DNA from: Nitrospirales bacterium
GTDB lineage: Bacteria > Nitrospirota > Nitrospiria > Nitrospirales > UBA8639
Direction: 5' to 3'
DNA: 64,000 nt
NCBI GenBank assembly: GCA_965203295.1
Contig: CBDBCZ010000018.1
Location: 1,440,001-1,504,000, forward strand
Positions 1 to 14,115 of this stretch are shown here, piece by piece; within the stretch, counting starts at the first letter, position 1; each line of letters begins with the position of its first letter. Both the position numbers and the translations under genes were made by a program. A model generated the notes under the pieces. That model did not search any database. It was not told the origin of the DNA and saw nothing but the letters and a program-made list of their open reading frames with translations.

Positions 1-3000
1 AGGCCTTTCCACAATAGTAGGTATTTCTGATATAGGTTAAGAAAACTTGCTAGCAAGAAAGATCTGCATCATCGACTACAAATTAGTGCATTCATGACAA
101 TCTAGGAAATAAAAATACCAACGAAAGACACATGATGCTAAAGGGCTGAAAAGTGGCACTTAAGCACCATTGCGAATTCTCCAAAGGGCAAGTGAAAATT
201 CTCAGACATAAATGCATTTAAGACCTCTTCACAATAGTAGCTATCTGTGATACAGATTTAGATGACTAGTTAGCAATTTATTTTATCTGCTCGCCTTGTA
301 ATCTTATCAAAGGTCAGAGAGCATCTCAAACCCTGGTGAAGTTGCACCGTCAGGACCACCCCATCAGCACCTGCTCAAAATAACACTCAAGCACAGTTCT
401 TAGTATTATTACACTCTCATTACTAAGACCAGCGAAACACTAGTAAAAAAGAATTTAATTTGAATACTGGCATAATTAGACTATGTGGAAGGTGCATACA
501 GTCTCCGGGTGCTCCCCACACCCCCCCCCCCCCCCCCACAAGTGGTGTCACCTAAAGAGAAGTGCAAATCCCTTCTTCAAGTTGTAACGTACAAACGTTC
601 GAATATCCGAGTCATCTACTACAAGTATGAGCATTAATGACAGTCTAGGATGCAAAAATAGCCAGTGAAAGACACATGGTGCTAACGGGATAAAAAGTGT
701 CACTTAAGCACCATTGTGCAATTTCCACAGTATTATCTATCTCTGGTACAAGATTACTATACAGCTGTCATCATCAGGGTTAGAGTGAGGCATTACAAAA
801 GTACTGTTTGAAACAAGGCAAAGTGGTGAATAATTAAAAATGAGTGAATAATTAGGATAGGAGGGAAAAGAGGACTGAAACAAAACAGGGAATAGAGTCA
901 GGTACAGCGGGGAGGCAAGATTAGTGAATTCTAGGGCTGATGGACAAGACCAAGTTCCTTGTTGATGGGATGGTGCTATGATTGGATGTGCCATACCCGA
1001 ATGGTACATCATTGGCTAAGTCCAGGGTTGAAATTCGTAACATCCACCTCACTCCATGTAATGCGGTGGTGCTTCACCATTGCATGCTCAGCAAGGATAG
1101 AACTGAGTCATCTACTACAAATATGTGCCTTCATGAGTCTAGGTAGCGAACATAGCTGTAGAAAGACACATGGTGCTAGTGGGATGAAAAGTGGCACTTT
1201 AAGAACCATTGTGCATTCTCCAAACAGCAAGTGAAAATTCTCAGCCATATATATATGCAAGGCCTTTCCACAATAGTAGGTATTTCTGATACAGGTTAAG
1301 AAAACTTGCTAGAAAGAAAGATCTGCATAAACGACTGCAAATTAGTGCATTCATGTCAATCTAGGAAATAAAAATACCCAGCGAAAGACACATGGTGCTA
1401 AAGGGATGAAAAGTGGCATTTAAGCACCATTGTGAATTCTCCAATGATCAAGTGAAAATTCTCGGACATAAATGCATTTAAGACCTCTCCACAATTGTAG
1501 CTATCTGTGATACAGGTTTAGATGACTTGTTAGCAAGGTATCTTCTCTGCTCACCTTGTAATCTCATTAAAGGTCAGAGGGCGTCTCAAACCCTGGAGAA
1601 CTATATAGTGCTGTCAGGACCACTCTATCCTCACCTGCTCAAAATAACACTCATGCAAAGTTCTTAGGATTGTTACAGCCTCAATACTAAGACCAGCTAA
1701 GAACTAGCAAAATGGATTTTAATTTGGATACTGGCATACGTAATTAGACTATATGTGGAGAGTGCATACCGTCTCTTGGTGCTCCCCACCCACCCCCTCG
1801 ACAAATGGTGTCACCTAATGAGAAGTGTAAATTCCTTCTTCAAGTTGCAACGTACAAAAGTTCAAAGATACGAGTCATCTACTACAAGTATGAGCATTAA
1901 TGACAGTCTAGGATGCGAAAATAGCCAGCGAAAGACACATGGTGCTAACAAGATAAAAAGTGGCACTTAAGCACCATTGTGCAATTCATACAGTATTATC
2001 TATCTCTGGTACAAGATTACTATACAGCTGTTAACATCAGGGGTAGAGTGAGGTGTTACAAAAGTACTTCTTGAAACAAGGGAAAGTAGTGAATAATTAA
2101 AAACGAGCGAATAATTAGGATAGGAGGGAAATGAGGACAAACAAAACAGGAAATAGAGTCAGGTACAGCGGGGAGGCTGGATTAGTGAATTGTAGGCCTG
2201 ATGGACAAGACCAAGTTCCTTGTTGATGGGATGGTTCTATAATTGGATGTGCCATACCCGAATGGTACATCATTGGCTAAGGCCAGGGTTGGAATCCGTA
2301 CATCCACCTCACTCGGTGCTTCACCATTGCATGCTCAGCAAGGATAGATACGAGTCATCTAATACAAATATGTGCTTTCATGACAGTCTAGGAGGCGACA
2401 TAGCCGTAGAAAGACACATGGTGCTAGTGGGATGAAAAGTGGCACTTTAAGTACCATTGTGCATTCTCAAAACAGCAAGTGAAATTTTTCAGCCATACAT
2501 ATATCAAGCCCTCTCCCCAATAGTAGCTATTTCTGATACAGGTTAAGAAAACTTGCTAGCAAGAAAGATCTACATTATCAACTACAAATTAGTGCATTCA
2601 TGACAATTTAGAAAATAAAAATACCCACATGGTGCTAAAGGGCTGAAAAGTGGCACTTAAGCACCATTGTGAATTCTCCAAGCAAGTGAAAATTCTCAGA
2701 CATAAATGCATTTAAGACCTCTCCACAATAGTAGCTATCTGTGATACAGATTTTGAAGACTTGCTAGCACGGTATCTTCTCTGCTCAACTTGAAATGTCA
2801 CCAAAGGTCAGAGGGCATCTCAAACCCTGGAGAACTAGCGCTGTCAGGAACACCCCTTCAGTACATGCTCAAGATAACAACACTCAAACAGAGTTCTTAG
2901 GATTCTTACAGCCTTAATACTAAGACCAGCTAAGAACTAGTATGATGAATTTTTAGTTTGGATACTGGTATAGTTAATTCTATGTGGAGAGTGCGTACAG

Positions 3001-6000
3001 TCTTCGGGTGCTCTCTCCCTCCCCGGCCCACAAATGGTGTCACCTAAGGAAGTGTGGATCCCTTCTTCAAGTTGCAACGTACAAAGATTCAAAGATCTGA
3101 GTCATCTACCACAAGTATGTGCGTTCATGAGATCTAGGATACAAAAATAGCCCGCAAAAGACACATGGTGCTACAAGTACCTGTAATGGGATGAAAAGTG
3201 GCACTTTAAGCACCATTGTAAATTCTCTAAAGAGCGAGTGAAAACTCTCTGACCTAAATGCATTTAAGACCTCTCCACAATAGTAGCTAACTGTGATACA
3301 GGTTTAGAAGAATTGTTAGCAAGGTATCTTCTCTGCTCGTCTTGAAATCTCATCAAAGGTCAGAAGGCATCTCAAACTCTGGTTAACTAGCACCGTCAGG
3401 AACACCCCATCAGCACATGCCCAAGATAACACTCAAGCACAGTTCTTAGGACTGTTACAGCCTCATTACTGAGACCAGCTATAAACTAGTAAAATGAATT
3501 TTAAATTGGAATACTGGTGTACGTAATTAGACTATATGTGGAGAGTGCATACAGTCTCCGGTGCTCCCCATGCACCCACCCCCTCGACAAATGGTGTCAC
3601 CTAATGAGAAGTGTAAATTCCTTCTTCAAGTTGCAACGAACAAAAGTTCAAAGATCCTAGTCACCTACTACAAGTATGTGCATTAAAGAAAGTCTAGGAG
3701 GCGAAAATAGCCAGCGAAAGACACATGGTGCTAATGGGATAAAAAGTTGCACTTAAGCACCATTGTGCAATTTCGACAGTAATATCACTCTCTGGTAGAA
3801 GATTACTATACAGTGGTCATCATCAGTGGTAGAGTGAGGTGTAACTAAAGTACTGCTTGAAACAAGGCAAAGTGGTGAATAATTAAAAACGAGCGAATAA
3901 TTAGGATAGGAGGGAAAAGAGGACTGAAACAAAACAGGGAATAGAGTCAGGTACAGCGGGAAGGCAAGATTAGTGAATTGTAGGGCTGATGGACAAGACC
4001 AAGTTCCTTGTTGATGGGATATGGTGCTATGATTGGCTGTGCCATACCCGAGTGGTACATCATTGGCTAAGACCAGGGTTGGAATCCGTAACATCCACCT
4101 CACTTAATGTAATACTGTGGTGCTTCACCATTGCATGCTCAGCAAGGATAGATCTGAGTCGTCTAATACAAATATGTGTCTTCATGAGTCTAGGTAGCGC
4201 ACATAGCTGTAGAAAGACACATGGTGCTAGTGGGATGAAAAGTGGCACTTTATGCACCATTGTGCATTCTCCAAACATCAAGTGAAAATTCTCAGACATA
4301 AATGCATTTAAGACCTCTCCACAATAGTAGCTATCTGTGATACAGGTTTAGATGACTTGCTAGCAAGGTATCTTCTCTGCTCACCTTGTAAATTCATTAA
4401 AAGTCAGAGGGCATCTCAAACCCTGGAGAACTAGCGCTGTCAGGACCACTCTATCCTCACCTGCTCAAAATAACACACATGCAGAGTTCTTAGGATTGTT
4501 ACAGCCTCAATACTAAGACCAGCTAAGAACTAGCAAAATGGATTTTTAATTTGGATACTGGCATACGTAATTAGACTATAATTATGTGGAGAGTGCATAC
4601 AGTCTCCGGTGCTCCCCACCCACCCCCTCGACAAATGGTGTCACCTAATGAGAAGTGTATATTCCTTCTTCAAGTTTCAACGAACAAAAGTTCAAAGATC
4701 CTAGTCATCTACTACAAGTATGTGCATTAATGACCTTCTAGGATACGAAAATAGCCAGCGAAAGACACATGGTGCTAATGGGATAAAAAGTGGCACTTAA
4801 GCACCACTGTGCAATTCCCACAGTATTCTTTATCTCTGGTACAAGATTACTATACAGCTGTCAACATCAGGGGTAGAGTGAGGTGTTACAAAAGTACTGC
4901 TTGAAACAGGGGAAAGTTGTGAATAAATAGAAACGAGCGAATACTTAGGATAGGAGGGAAATGAGGACTGAAACAAAACAGGGAATAGAGTCAGGTACAG
5001 TGGGGAGGCTGGATTAGTGAACTGTAGGCCTGATGGACAAGACCAAGTTCCTTGTTGATGGGATGGTGCTATGATTTGATGTCCCATACCAGAATGGTAC
5101 ATGATTGGCTAAGGCCAGGGTTGGAATTTGTAACATCCACCTCACTCAATGTAAAGCTGTGGTGCTTCACCATTGCATGCTCAGCAAGAATAGATCTGAG
5201 TCATCTACTACAAATATGTGCCTTCATGACAGTCTAGGAAGCGATCGTAGCTGTAGAAAGACACATGGTACTAGTGGGATGAAAAGTGGTACCTTAAGCA
5301 CCATTGTGCATTCTCCGAACAGCAAGTGAAAATTCTCAGCCATACATATATGCAAGACCTCTCCACAATAGTAGCTATTTCTGATACAGGTTAAAAAAAC
5401 TTGCTAGCAAGAAAGATCTGCATCATCGACTACAAATTAGTGCATTCATGACAATTTAGAAAATAAAAATACCCAGAGAAAGACACATGGCGCTAAAGGG
5501 CTGAAAAGTGGCACTTAAGCACCATTGTGAATTCTCCAAGCAAGTGAAAATTCTCAGACATAAATGCATTTAAGACCTCTCCACAATAGTAGCTATCTGT
5601 GATACAGGTTTAGATGACTTGCTAGCAAGGTATCTTCTCTGCTCAACTTAAAAAATGTCACCAAAGGTCAGAGGGCATCTCAAACCCTGGAGAACTAGCG
5701 CTGTCAGGAACACCCCATCAGTACATGCTCAAGATAACAACACTCAAGCACAGTTCTTAGGATTCTTACTGCCTCATTACTAAGACCAGCTAATTTTAAT
5801 TTGGATACTGGTATAGTTAATTCTATGTGGAGAGTGCGTACAGTCTTCGGGTGCTCTCTCCCTCCCCGGCCCACAAATGGTGTCACCTAAGGAAGTGTGG
5901 ATCCCTTCTTCAAGTTGCAACGTACAAACATTCAAAGATCTGAGTCATCTACTACAAGTATGTGCGTTCATGAGATCTAGGATACAAAAATAGCCCGTAA

Positions 6001-6110
6001 AAGACACATGGTGCTACATATAATGGGATGAAAAGTGGCACTTTAAGCACAATTGTAAATTCTCTAAAGAGCGAGTGAAAACTCTCTGACCTAAATGTAT
6101 TTAAGATCTC
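1..6110. repeat. Modular satellite family 1 with ~1.26-kb higher-order repeat
   Basis: The core AAAGACACATGGTGCTA..AAAAGTGGCACTTAAGCACCATTGTG recurs at ~126, 670, 1164, 1386, 1934, 2413, 3159, 3719, 4215, 4763, 5259, 5481 and 6002. It is followed by one of three tails (~220, ~545 or ~495 bp). AGGCCTTTCCACAATAGTAGG occurs at 1 and 1260. The short ORFs here are recurring artefacts of the repeat. Confidence 0.9.
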
Positions 6111-6305
6111 TAGGTGTCTTTTCTTCCCGATGTGCATATTGAGTGGTGTCTAGCTGACCAACACAGGTGATGTCACAGTCAGCACACGGGATTCGGTACA
6201 CGACTCCCTTCCTCTGGTCAACTTTACTGGATCTTTCGGAAGGACAAGGATGTTGGGCAAGGTCATGAGATTTCGGAAACATGTCATGATCTGGATGGGG
6301 TTAAA
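6110..6305 (-). mobile_element. Degenerate Penelope-like element fragment (linker plus start of GIY-YIG endonuclease)
   Basis: The minus strand reads FRNLMTLPNILVLPKDPV, then after a frameshift QRKGVVYRIPCADCDITCVGQ. This matches the PKD...GVVYxIPCxxCxxxY(I/V)GQT motif of PLE endonucleases. Confidence 0.8.
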
Positions 6306-6329
6306 AATCCCAAAAGTCAGCATCATGTA

Positions 6330-8450
6330 CGTACTACAAATATTTGCAGCATGCGAATTTAAAAAAGGAAAATAACCAGCGAAAGACTCATGGTGCTATT
6401 TTGATGAATTTAAAACCATTGCACATTATCCACCCCACAAATTAAAATCCACAGCCCTAAGAATAGTAGCTATCTCAGGTACAAGATTACTGCTATCTAG
6501 GAATCTTCTCTTCTCACCTGCAAATATCATTCACAGACAGTTTCAAACTCTGGTGCACCAGTCTTGTTAGGAACACCATACACCTGAGCAGGTAAAAATA
6601 ATCATTCATGCACAGGATTTTTCAGCCTCATTACTAAGACCAGCTTTGAATTGTATTTAAAACGGATGCTGAGAAAAAAGTATGTGGAGAGTACATACAG
6701 CCTTAGGGTGCTCCCCTTTTTGAAGAGGTGCCTCTTAGGAGAGATGTGAATACTTTCTTCAAGTTGGCAATTTAAGCACCGTTGCGCATTTTCCATCGAG
6801 CAAGTGAAAATCCCCGGCCACAAGACATCTCCATAACGGCAGCTATCTCTGGTACAAGATGTTAGCAAAGAAACTTTTTTTCTCACCTGTGAATCTGATC
6901 AAGACTCGAGCAAACTCCAGTGCACCAGTCCCGTGCAGAACATCACATGCGTACCTGCACAGATGGAAATTATCGCTTATGCACACTTTTTACAGCATTT
7001 TTACTAAGAACTAGTTAAATGGATTTATAGTTTGAGAGACTACAAAAAAATCAATCATGTGGAGAGTACATAGAGTCTTACGGTGCTCCCCCCCCTTAAG
7101 TGGTGCCTACTTCAAGTGGCAACACACAAAGTATCGAAGCTCTGTGTCATTTACTACAAATACATGCATGCATGCAGATGCATAAGAATAATTTTAGGAA
7201 ATGAAAATAGCGGGCGAAAGACACATGGTGCTAATGCAATAAAATGCGGCAATTTAAGCACCACTGTGCATTTCCATTGAGCAAGTGAAAATTCCAAGCC
7301 ATAAGACATCTCAACAATAGTACCTATCTCTGGCATGAGATGGGAAAATTTGCTAGCAAGGAATCTTCTCTACTTACCTGTAAAGCTCTCCTAAAAGACC
7401 CGCAGCAATTTCAAACTGCAGTGCACCAGTCCTGTGAGGAACACCATACACCTGCACAGGTGGAAATTATCGCTTGTGCATAGATTTTAGGAGTATTATA
7501 GCATTATCACTATGACCAGCTAACAACTATATAAATGTATTTATAGTTAGGACGACTAAGAAAAATCAATTGTTATATTTACCATACAAATTCTAATTTT
7601 TCGCCCTCTAATTATTTGGCACACCCCAGTTTTCCACAATTTATTTTTTTCAACAAATTTGTGGGCCCTTTTTGAAATATTTTTCTAATATTTGCCAGCT
7701 GCTGCATGCTAGCAGTAATACTTATGAGTACGTCAGTAGGAATGCCCATGAGTGTGACTGGCTGATACAGAAAGCCGTACCAAGGACAAGGAGGCGGCCC
7801 AACTTACCTGAACACACGCTGTTTCTTATGAAGACTAGCGTGTGTGCATAACCTTATAGCCTATTGTAGCTAGATCTTTGTCTGCTGTGTGTGCGCACGT
7901 TTGTTGATATGCTACCACTGCTGAGCACTGTAGTCTGCAGAAGTAGCAAAAGTGGAAGAGAGCATGAAGAGTTCCTGGCCCGTGTAATAGAAGTGCCTGC
8001 CGTGTTGTCTATTGAATGTTTTACAATGCTCAGACGTGCTGTCAGTATTTCAGACTAATCTTCTATTTATTCGTCACCACTCATAAAAATTCCTTTCAAT
8101 CAATTCGTCAACCCAAAATGAAATTATTTCATTTGAACGAATAATTAGAAATTATATGGTATGCACTCTTGGGAAAGTACGTACAGTCTTAGGGTGCTCT
8201 CCCCCCTTCAGTGGTGCCCCTTAGGAGAGATCAAGTTGCAATGCACAAAGGGTTATAAGCAATCTCCACAATAGTAGCTATCTCCCGTACAAGATTTGTT
8301 AGTGAGGAATCTTCTCCTCTCCCCTACTAATCTCACCAAAGTCCCGAGGGTACTGTTCCTATATGAAACACCATTTGCGCACCTGGGAAGGTAGATGTTA
8401 TTACTCATGCACAGATATTAGGAGTTGTACAGCCTCTAATTATCACTAAT
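6330..8450. repeat. Diverged, older copies of satellite family 1
   Basis: The same motifs (GAAAGACACATGGTGCTA, CAAGTGAAAA, CAATAGTAGCTATCTC, ATGTGGAGAGTACA) recur with many substitutions. Confidence 0.75.
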
Positions 8451-8704
8451 GGCATGCACAATGCAAGATATCTACACTCCCAAGTGTAGCTACGGGTAAA
8501 GATTTAGAAACGTACACTCCCAAGTAGCTAATTGTAATTCTACTCAACACACGTTGCCTTCACATTTAAACTAACCTTCCTTCCGTGATACATGGACCAT
8601 TTGGAGAAAAAACAATCACAGACTGTCAGTATCATCTGCAAGTTTCACAGTAATAATTATCAAGTTAATTAACCCTTCTAGTGCGGTATTAGCTTAGGAC
8701 TGCA

Positions 8705-9100
8705 GACTGCCTCCTAGAGATTTGCTGCTGCGTGGCCAAGTGAAGGAGCCAGGCCGCGGTAGTGTAGTGTTCTTGAGAGAGTGAAAGTGTCAGAAGTCAC
8801 TGCAAGTGCAGAGCGTGAAAGAAGCAGCCGCGTTTTGCAAGGAGGACGCGTGGTGCTTATGTCGGGTACTTACCGCTTTTTGTATACGTATAATACCTCG
8901 GACTGCCTCCGGCCTCCTAGAGATTTGCTGCTGCGTGGCCAAGTGAAGGAGCCAGGCCGCGGTAGTGTAGTGTTCTTGAGAGAGTGAAAGTGTCAGAAGT
9001 CACTGCAAGTGCAGAGCGTGAAAGAAGCAGCCGCGTTTTGCAAGGAGGACGCGTGGTGCTTATGTCGGGTACTTACCGCTTTTTGTATACGTATAATACC
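8705..9100. repeat. Near-perfect tandem duplication, ~200-bp unit x2
   Basis: GACTGCCTCC...GTATAATACC starts at 8705 and 8901; identical ORF starts are offset by 203 nt. Confidence 0.92.
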
Positions 9101-9251
9101 AGCTGTTGGTACTTTCCAAATATCGCGTACTTCGAGGTCCATAAAATAAATCGGGGGGCCAGGACAGCCAAAATCACCGCTCGGCGGATGAGATAGTAAC
9201 GGAAGTGACTCGGCGGATAACTTGAAGCTAGTCCACCACGATGAATGCAAC

Positions 9252-9697
9252 TAGTCTCGTGCCCAGACACCCACGCCTTTCCGGCGAAGAGTGTCTGGTA
9301 GCTTAATTTTAAATCTTGTCACAGAGGCGTGTCTTACGAACGTGAGAGCATTAATAATTGAAAGTGTTTGCATGTCAAAAATGCAATGATCAAGAGATCA
9401 AACATTCTTAGTTGTACTTTCTGTTAGGATGCTAGGCCCTATATCTTTGTACAGTTAGCAACGCTCCTGAAGCTTCAGCTAGCAAGAGCGCGCCTAATTA
9501 CTCTGTGGTACGCGCTCGGTTTTACTGGACAACCCGGATTGTGAACTTGCCGCTCTGGTTGCAGATGGCGAACTTCAAATCAAGCTGCCAAACCGTTAGT
9601 CTCGCGCCCAGCCGGAAATTTCCGGCTGGGCACGAGACTACCAGACCGTCAGTCCGTCACAGCGAGGGGGAGGAGCGACGGTCTGGGCACGAGACTA
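9252..9697. mobile_element. MITE with TAGTCTCGTGCCCAGAC terminal inverted repeats, containing a nested 44-bp palindromic relative (9597-9640)
   Basis: Perfect 17-bp inverted repeats at 9252-9268 and 9681-9697, both ending in TA. Confidence 0.8.
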
Positions 9698-10805
9698 TAA
9701 AGCAACTTCCTTTTCCGCGAATAGACGTCGCCCTGGATTAGTAGCCGCACCTCCAGAAGTGCTAAACGAAATAGTGGCTGCCCTCGATTAGTAGCCGCAA
9801 CTAAAATTCAAGTATCGCAAGAGTATGCAACAATTTATCATTGAGAATAGAGTAATACTCAAGGTTAGAAACATAATAATAATCTCCAAGTGTGCAGTAA
9901 AATCTCCTACCCCACCAGCTGTCTACAACCTGTGGGCTTATACTATGTGCAAAATAATAAACACACACACACACACTTTTTTCACAACAACAAAATATAT
10001 TTTAGCAGGGCAATGTAAAAAAGGCACAAGGCAAAGGCGCACTTCGTTATGTAGCGCACATACGCTATCAGGCGCATGCTCGCTTCTTGGCCCAAAGCCG
10101 CTCGTTAAGAGGCGCACGTTCCAATTAAACGAAATATGGGGCGGAGCAACTGCACAAAAAATCGAACAGAGACTGCTAGCAGCTAGCTAAGTGAGAGGAT
10201 AACTTTGTAGGGATCACTTTGCAACTGCCCAGTCATCAAGTTGCTAGCTAGCTAAGTTAAAGGCCTACAAAGGAAGCAACCATGCACCGATTCTCATTCG
10301 AGTTGATCGAGCACGCTCTCATCTCCGACCGCTCTTCGCCGATTTTCATCTGCGACCGCTCTCTGCCGAGTTACATCGCCGACCGCTTTGATAAACTGCG
10401 ATTCCAGTCGGTAGTCGCTAATCTGCTACTGGTAACAGCAACAATTTTATGGCTAGCTACCGTAACTTTGCCGCGATGACGTCATGAAAACTAGGCGTGG
10501 TCATCCTTTAACCCTCGCTATGTGGCGCACTTCGTTATGTAGCGCATATATTTTTGCTATTGTCCCCACTAGCGCATGCGCTTGATAACCCGAGTCTACA
10601 GTATAAAAACAAATTCAGTTAGTCAGACTGAGCGATGTTTGACTCACTGGTCACCAGATCAATGGGGGGAGGAAGTGACCATAATTATGGTGTGGCCACA
10701 GCTGGAGCGGGCACCCCTGATGCATTGAATGCAAGAGCGGAGAAGGGAGAAAGTCAGCCGGCAACGCAACTAGGACACATAATACGCACGTACATGCGCA
10801 CAAAC

Positions 10806-11083
<278 letters not shown>

Positions 11084-11172
11084 GTCTTTTTTTTTTTTTT
11101 TTTTTAAATAAATTAAATATGTTGCTCAAATAGCTAATATATACAAAGCTAGTAAAGAACAACAGTATATAG

Positions 11173-14115
11173 TTAAAAAGCTAGATATAAATTGTTTTTA
11201 AAGGTTTTAAAGGAGCACCGGATGAGTTCAGGTGGGAGGGCATTCCAGTCAACAATAGCGGTGTACTTGAAGGATTTTTTTATCAAATCTGTTCTCACAT
11301 AAGACGGTAAGGCCAACTGATGCGGGTGTCTTCCTCTCAGATCATATTGAGTGGGATGTTGGAACTGGAGAGCTGGATAGTCAATGAGCTGATTGGATAT
11401 CTTGAATAGGGTACAAAGTTTACTAACTCTCCTTCTCACCTCCAGGGTTGGAAGTTGAGCCACTTCAAGTAGATGGCTGTATGAACTGGACCATTTTTTG
11501 TAACACATTTTTAGAACAAACTTTTGAACTTTTTCCAGTTGGTTGATATGCTTTTGGGTAGAGGAGTCCCAAACATATGACACATATTCAAGCCGAGGTC
11601 TAACGTAGGCAGTATACAGCTTCAATAGAATTTTAGAAGAGCAGTGAGCATAGTAACGGCGATAGAGGGCTCCCAGTATCCTTTTGCTTTTACTGGTAAT
11701 TGCTTCAATATGTGGCCCCCAAGACATGTTTGCCGATATCAAGACTCCTAGGTAAGTAAATGCATCAACTTGTTCGAGAGGGATGTTGTATAAAGTTGGA
11801 GTGGATGTAATCGATTTGGCAGGCTTGGCACAAGTCAGGACCATAAATTTGGTTTTGCTAACATTTAACTGGAGCAGCACTGATTTAACGAAGTTGCATG
11901 GCAATAAGATTTATATCCTCTTGAAACTCTGTTGCATCTACTGCAGAGCGGACTGGTTTATACAGGACCATATCATCAGCATAGAGATTGAGGTCTGAGT
12001 TCACTGAAAGTCTGACATTAGTAACATCATTGATGAAGAGGATGAATAATAATGGGCCCAGTACAGACCCCTGGGGAACACCGGAAATTACTGTAGCCCA
12101 GGATGACGAGCTGCCACTTACAACTGTTCTCTGCTGTCTGCGAAGGAGATAATCAAAGACCCATTGGACCACATAGGGATTTAGATTAGCGCTACGAAGT
12201 TTGTCAATTAACAGCCTGTGAGGAACGGTGTCAAAGGCCTTTTTTAGGTCGAAATATACGATCCATACAGCCTCCTTGTTTTCAAGTAGCTGCAACCAGT
12301 CACTGGTTACCTTCAACAAAGCAGAACTTGTGGACCTACTTGGTAGAAACCCCCATTGCTTGGGACTTATCAAATTGTTGGCCATGGAATGTCTTAGGAT
12401 TATGGTATGCATATGTTTTCCAGCAACTTGCTGACAATTGTTAACAGGGATATTGGACGGTAGTTGGCTGCACAGGACTTTTCGCTGTTCTTGGGAACTG
12501 GGACAACGTTGGAACACTTCCATTCAATGGGAACTCTTCCACTTGTGAGAGACAGATTAAAAAGGCGAGTTAAAGAGGGAGCAATTTCAGTAGCCACTTC
12601 CTTTAGCATGGTGGCTGACACACCATCAGGCCCTGTAGCCTTCTTAGGGTTAAGTGATTTCAGTTGTTTAGTCACTTCAGGCACAGTGCAGAGTAAGTCC
12701 AAGGGGAACTTATCGCTGGACAACTGTTGCAAGTCCTCTCTAGCTAGTGGAGGTAAGGAAGTGTTGAATGTGCTTGCGAAGAACTTGTTAAGTAAGTCCG
12801 CTTTCTCACTGTTGGTATGTGCGGAAACTCCATTATGAGTGAGTGTAGGTAGGCTAGAGTCAGATTGGTTTGTGCAGCGAAAAAGTGACCAAAAAGATTT
12901 TGGGTCAGCTTGATTGATATTTGAAAAGAATGCGAACTTGGCAGATCGAAGTTGTTGGATTACTCTGTTTCTGATTGAACGGTATTTGGACCACATTGCA
13001 GGGGAACCAGATCTTCTAGCTTTCTTGAACAGATGGTCTCTTTTCTTCATCATTTCAATAATGTGGAGTTTAATCCAAGGAAGGTTTCGCCGAATAGTTA
13101 CCTGCTTATGTGGAATAGCTGTTTTCATAATATCTAAGAAAGCTGATTTCCATTGGACCCAAGAAGTTTCAACTTCATCTGTGATGAGGAAGTCCCAGTA
13201 TGTTCTATTGATGAGATGTCTAGCAAAAACAAAGTCGGCTTGGTGATATTGCCATAATATTCTTGTTTCCTTCTTGGGCCTAGTAGAGGGCAGTTGCATT
13301 TTCAGAGCCAACTTGACTATGTAGTGGTCAGAGGAAGATACTGGAGGAAGAATCTCACATTTTGCACACCTATCAGAATTTCCAATAAGTGCCAAATCAA
13401 TGAGTGAAGACTTCCCATTTGGAGAAATGTGCGTAGCTTGATTTACCACCTGCATGAGGTTGAATTTGTACATTAGCTGATGAAGCCTTGACTTGAGTGG
13501 GCTAGAGGACCCATATGAGAAGTTTATATTGAAATCTCCTACTAGAACAACATTGTTGAAGTCAATAGGATTGATGTCTTCAAGAGAGCATTCCAGGGAG
13601 TCAATGGAACCAAATGGGCTGCTTGGAGGTCTATAGAATACTCCTAATTTGAGAGAAAGTGAGTCAGCAACAATCTTTATCCATATAAGCTCTAGATTAA
13701 ATGTGTTGACTTTTAGAAGTTGACTTTGATGGTTGTTGGATACATATATTAATACACCACCGCCCTGTCTGTTTCGGTCCAGCCTGTAAACTTTAAAACC
13801 TGTTATAGCAATCTCCGAGTCTGGTATGGATGAGGAAAGCCAAGTTTCGGTAAGGCAGATGATGTGGGGATGATAGCTGGCTGCCTCAAGTCGAAGGAAG
13901 TCAATTTTAGGTAGTAAACTCATAACATTAGTGAATATTACGGAGATATGTGATGATACCTGGCAAGGTCTAAAAAAGAAGTTTTGTTCCCATTTGTTGG
14001 CAGGTGAGATGGTTTCGGCTGTTTGATTTGCCAGGGATGATGTTTCAGTAGCTTCGTCCATTCTCTTACAATAATTGAGCAGGTTTCCTTGCTGGACAGT
14101 AATGCATGGTACCAT
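11173..14115 (-). pseudogene. LINE ORF2: APE endonuclease plus reverse transcriptase, frameshifted twice (~12420 and ~11895)
   Basis: APE motifs: FTNVMSL, LTETWL, GVFYRPP, VGDFN, IDL, SDH. RT motifs: KATGPDG, NYRPISLL, FDLKKAFD, GVPQGSVLGPLLF, LYADD, YLGV. The C-terminus is CR1-type (YVRPRLEY, LEKVQ, LPTLEVRR). The frame is split over ORFs 12400-14115, 11885-12523 and 11173-11904. Confidence 0.95.

Noticed and set aside
737..5329. Family of similar 60-116 aa ORFs
   Set aside because: These are satellite translations with inconsistent stops and frames and no recognisable domain.
1..6110. CRISPR-like array (constant core with intervening sequences)
   Set aside because: The intervening segments are long and themselves repeated, there are no cas genes, and the context is eukaryotic.
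12228..13246. Plus-strand ORFs over the LINE
   Set aside because: Antisense shadows of ORF2.
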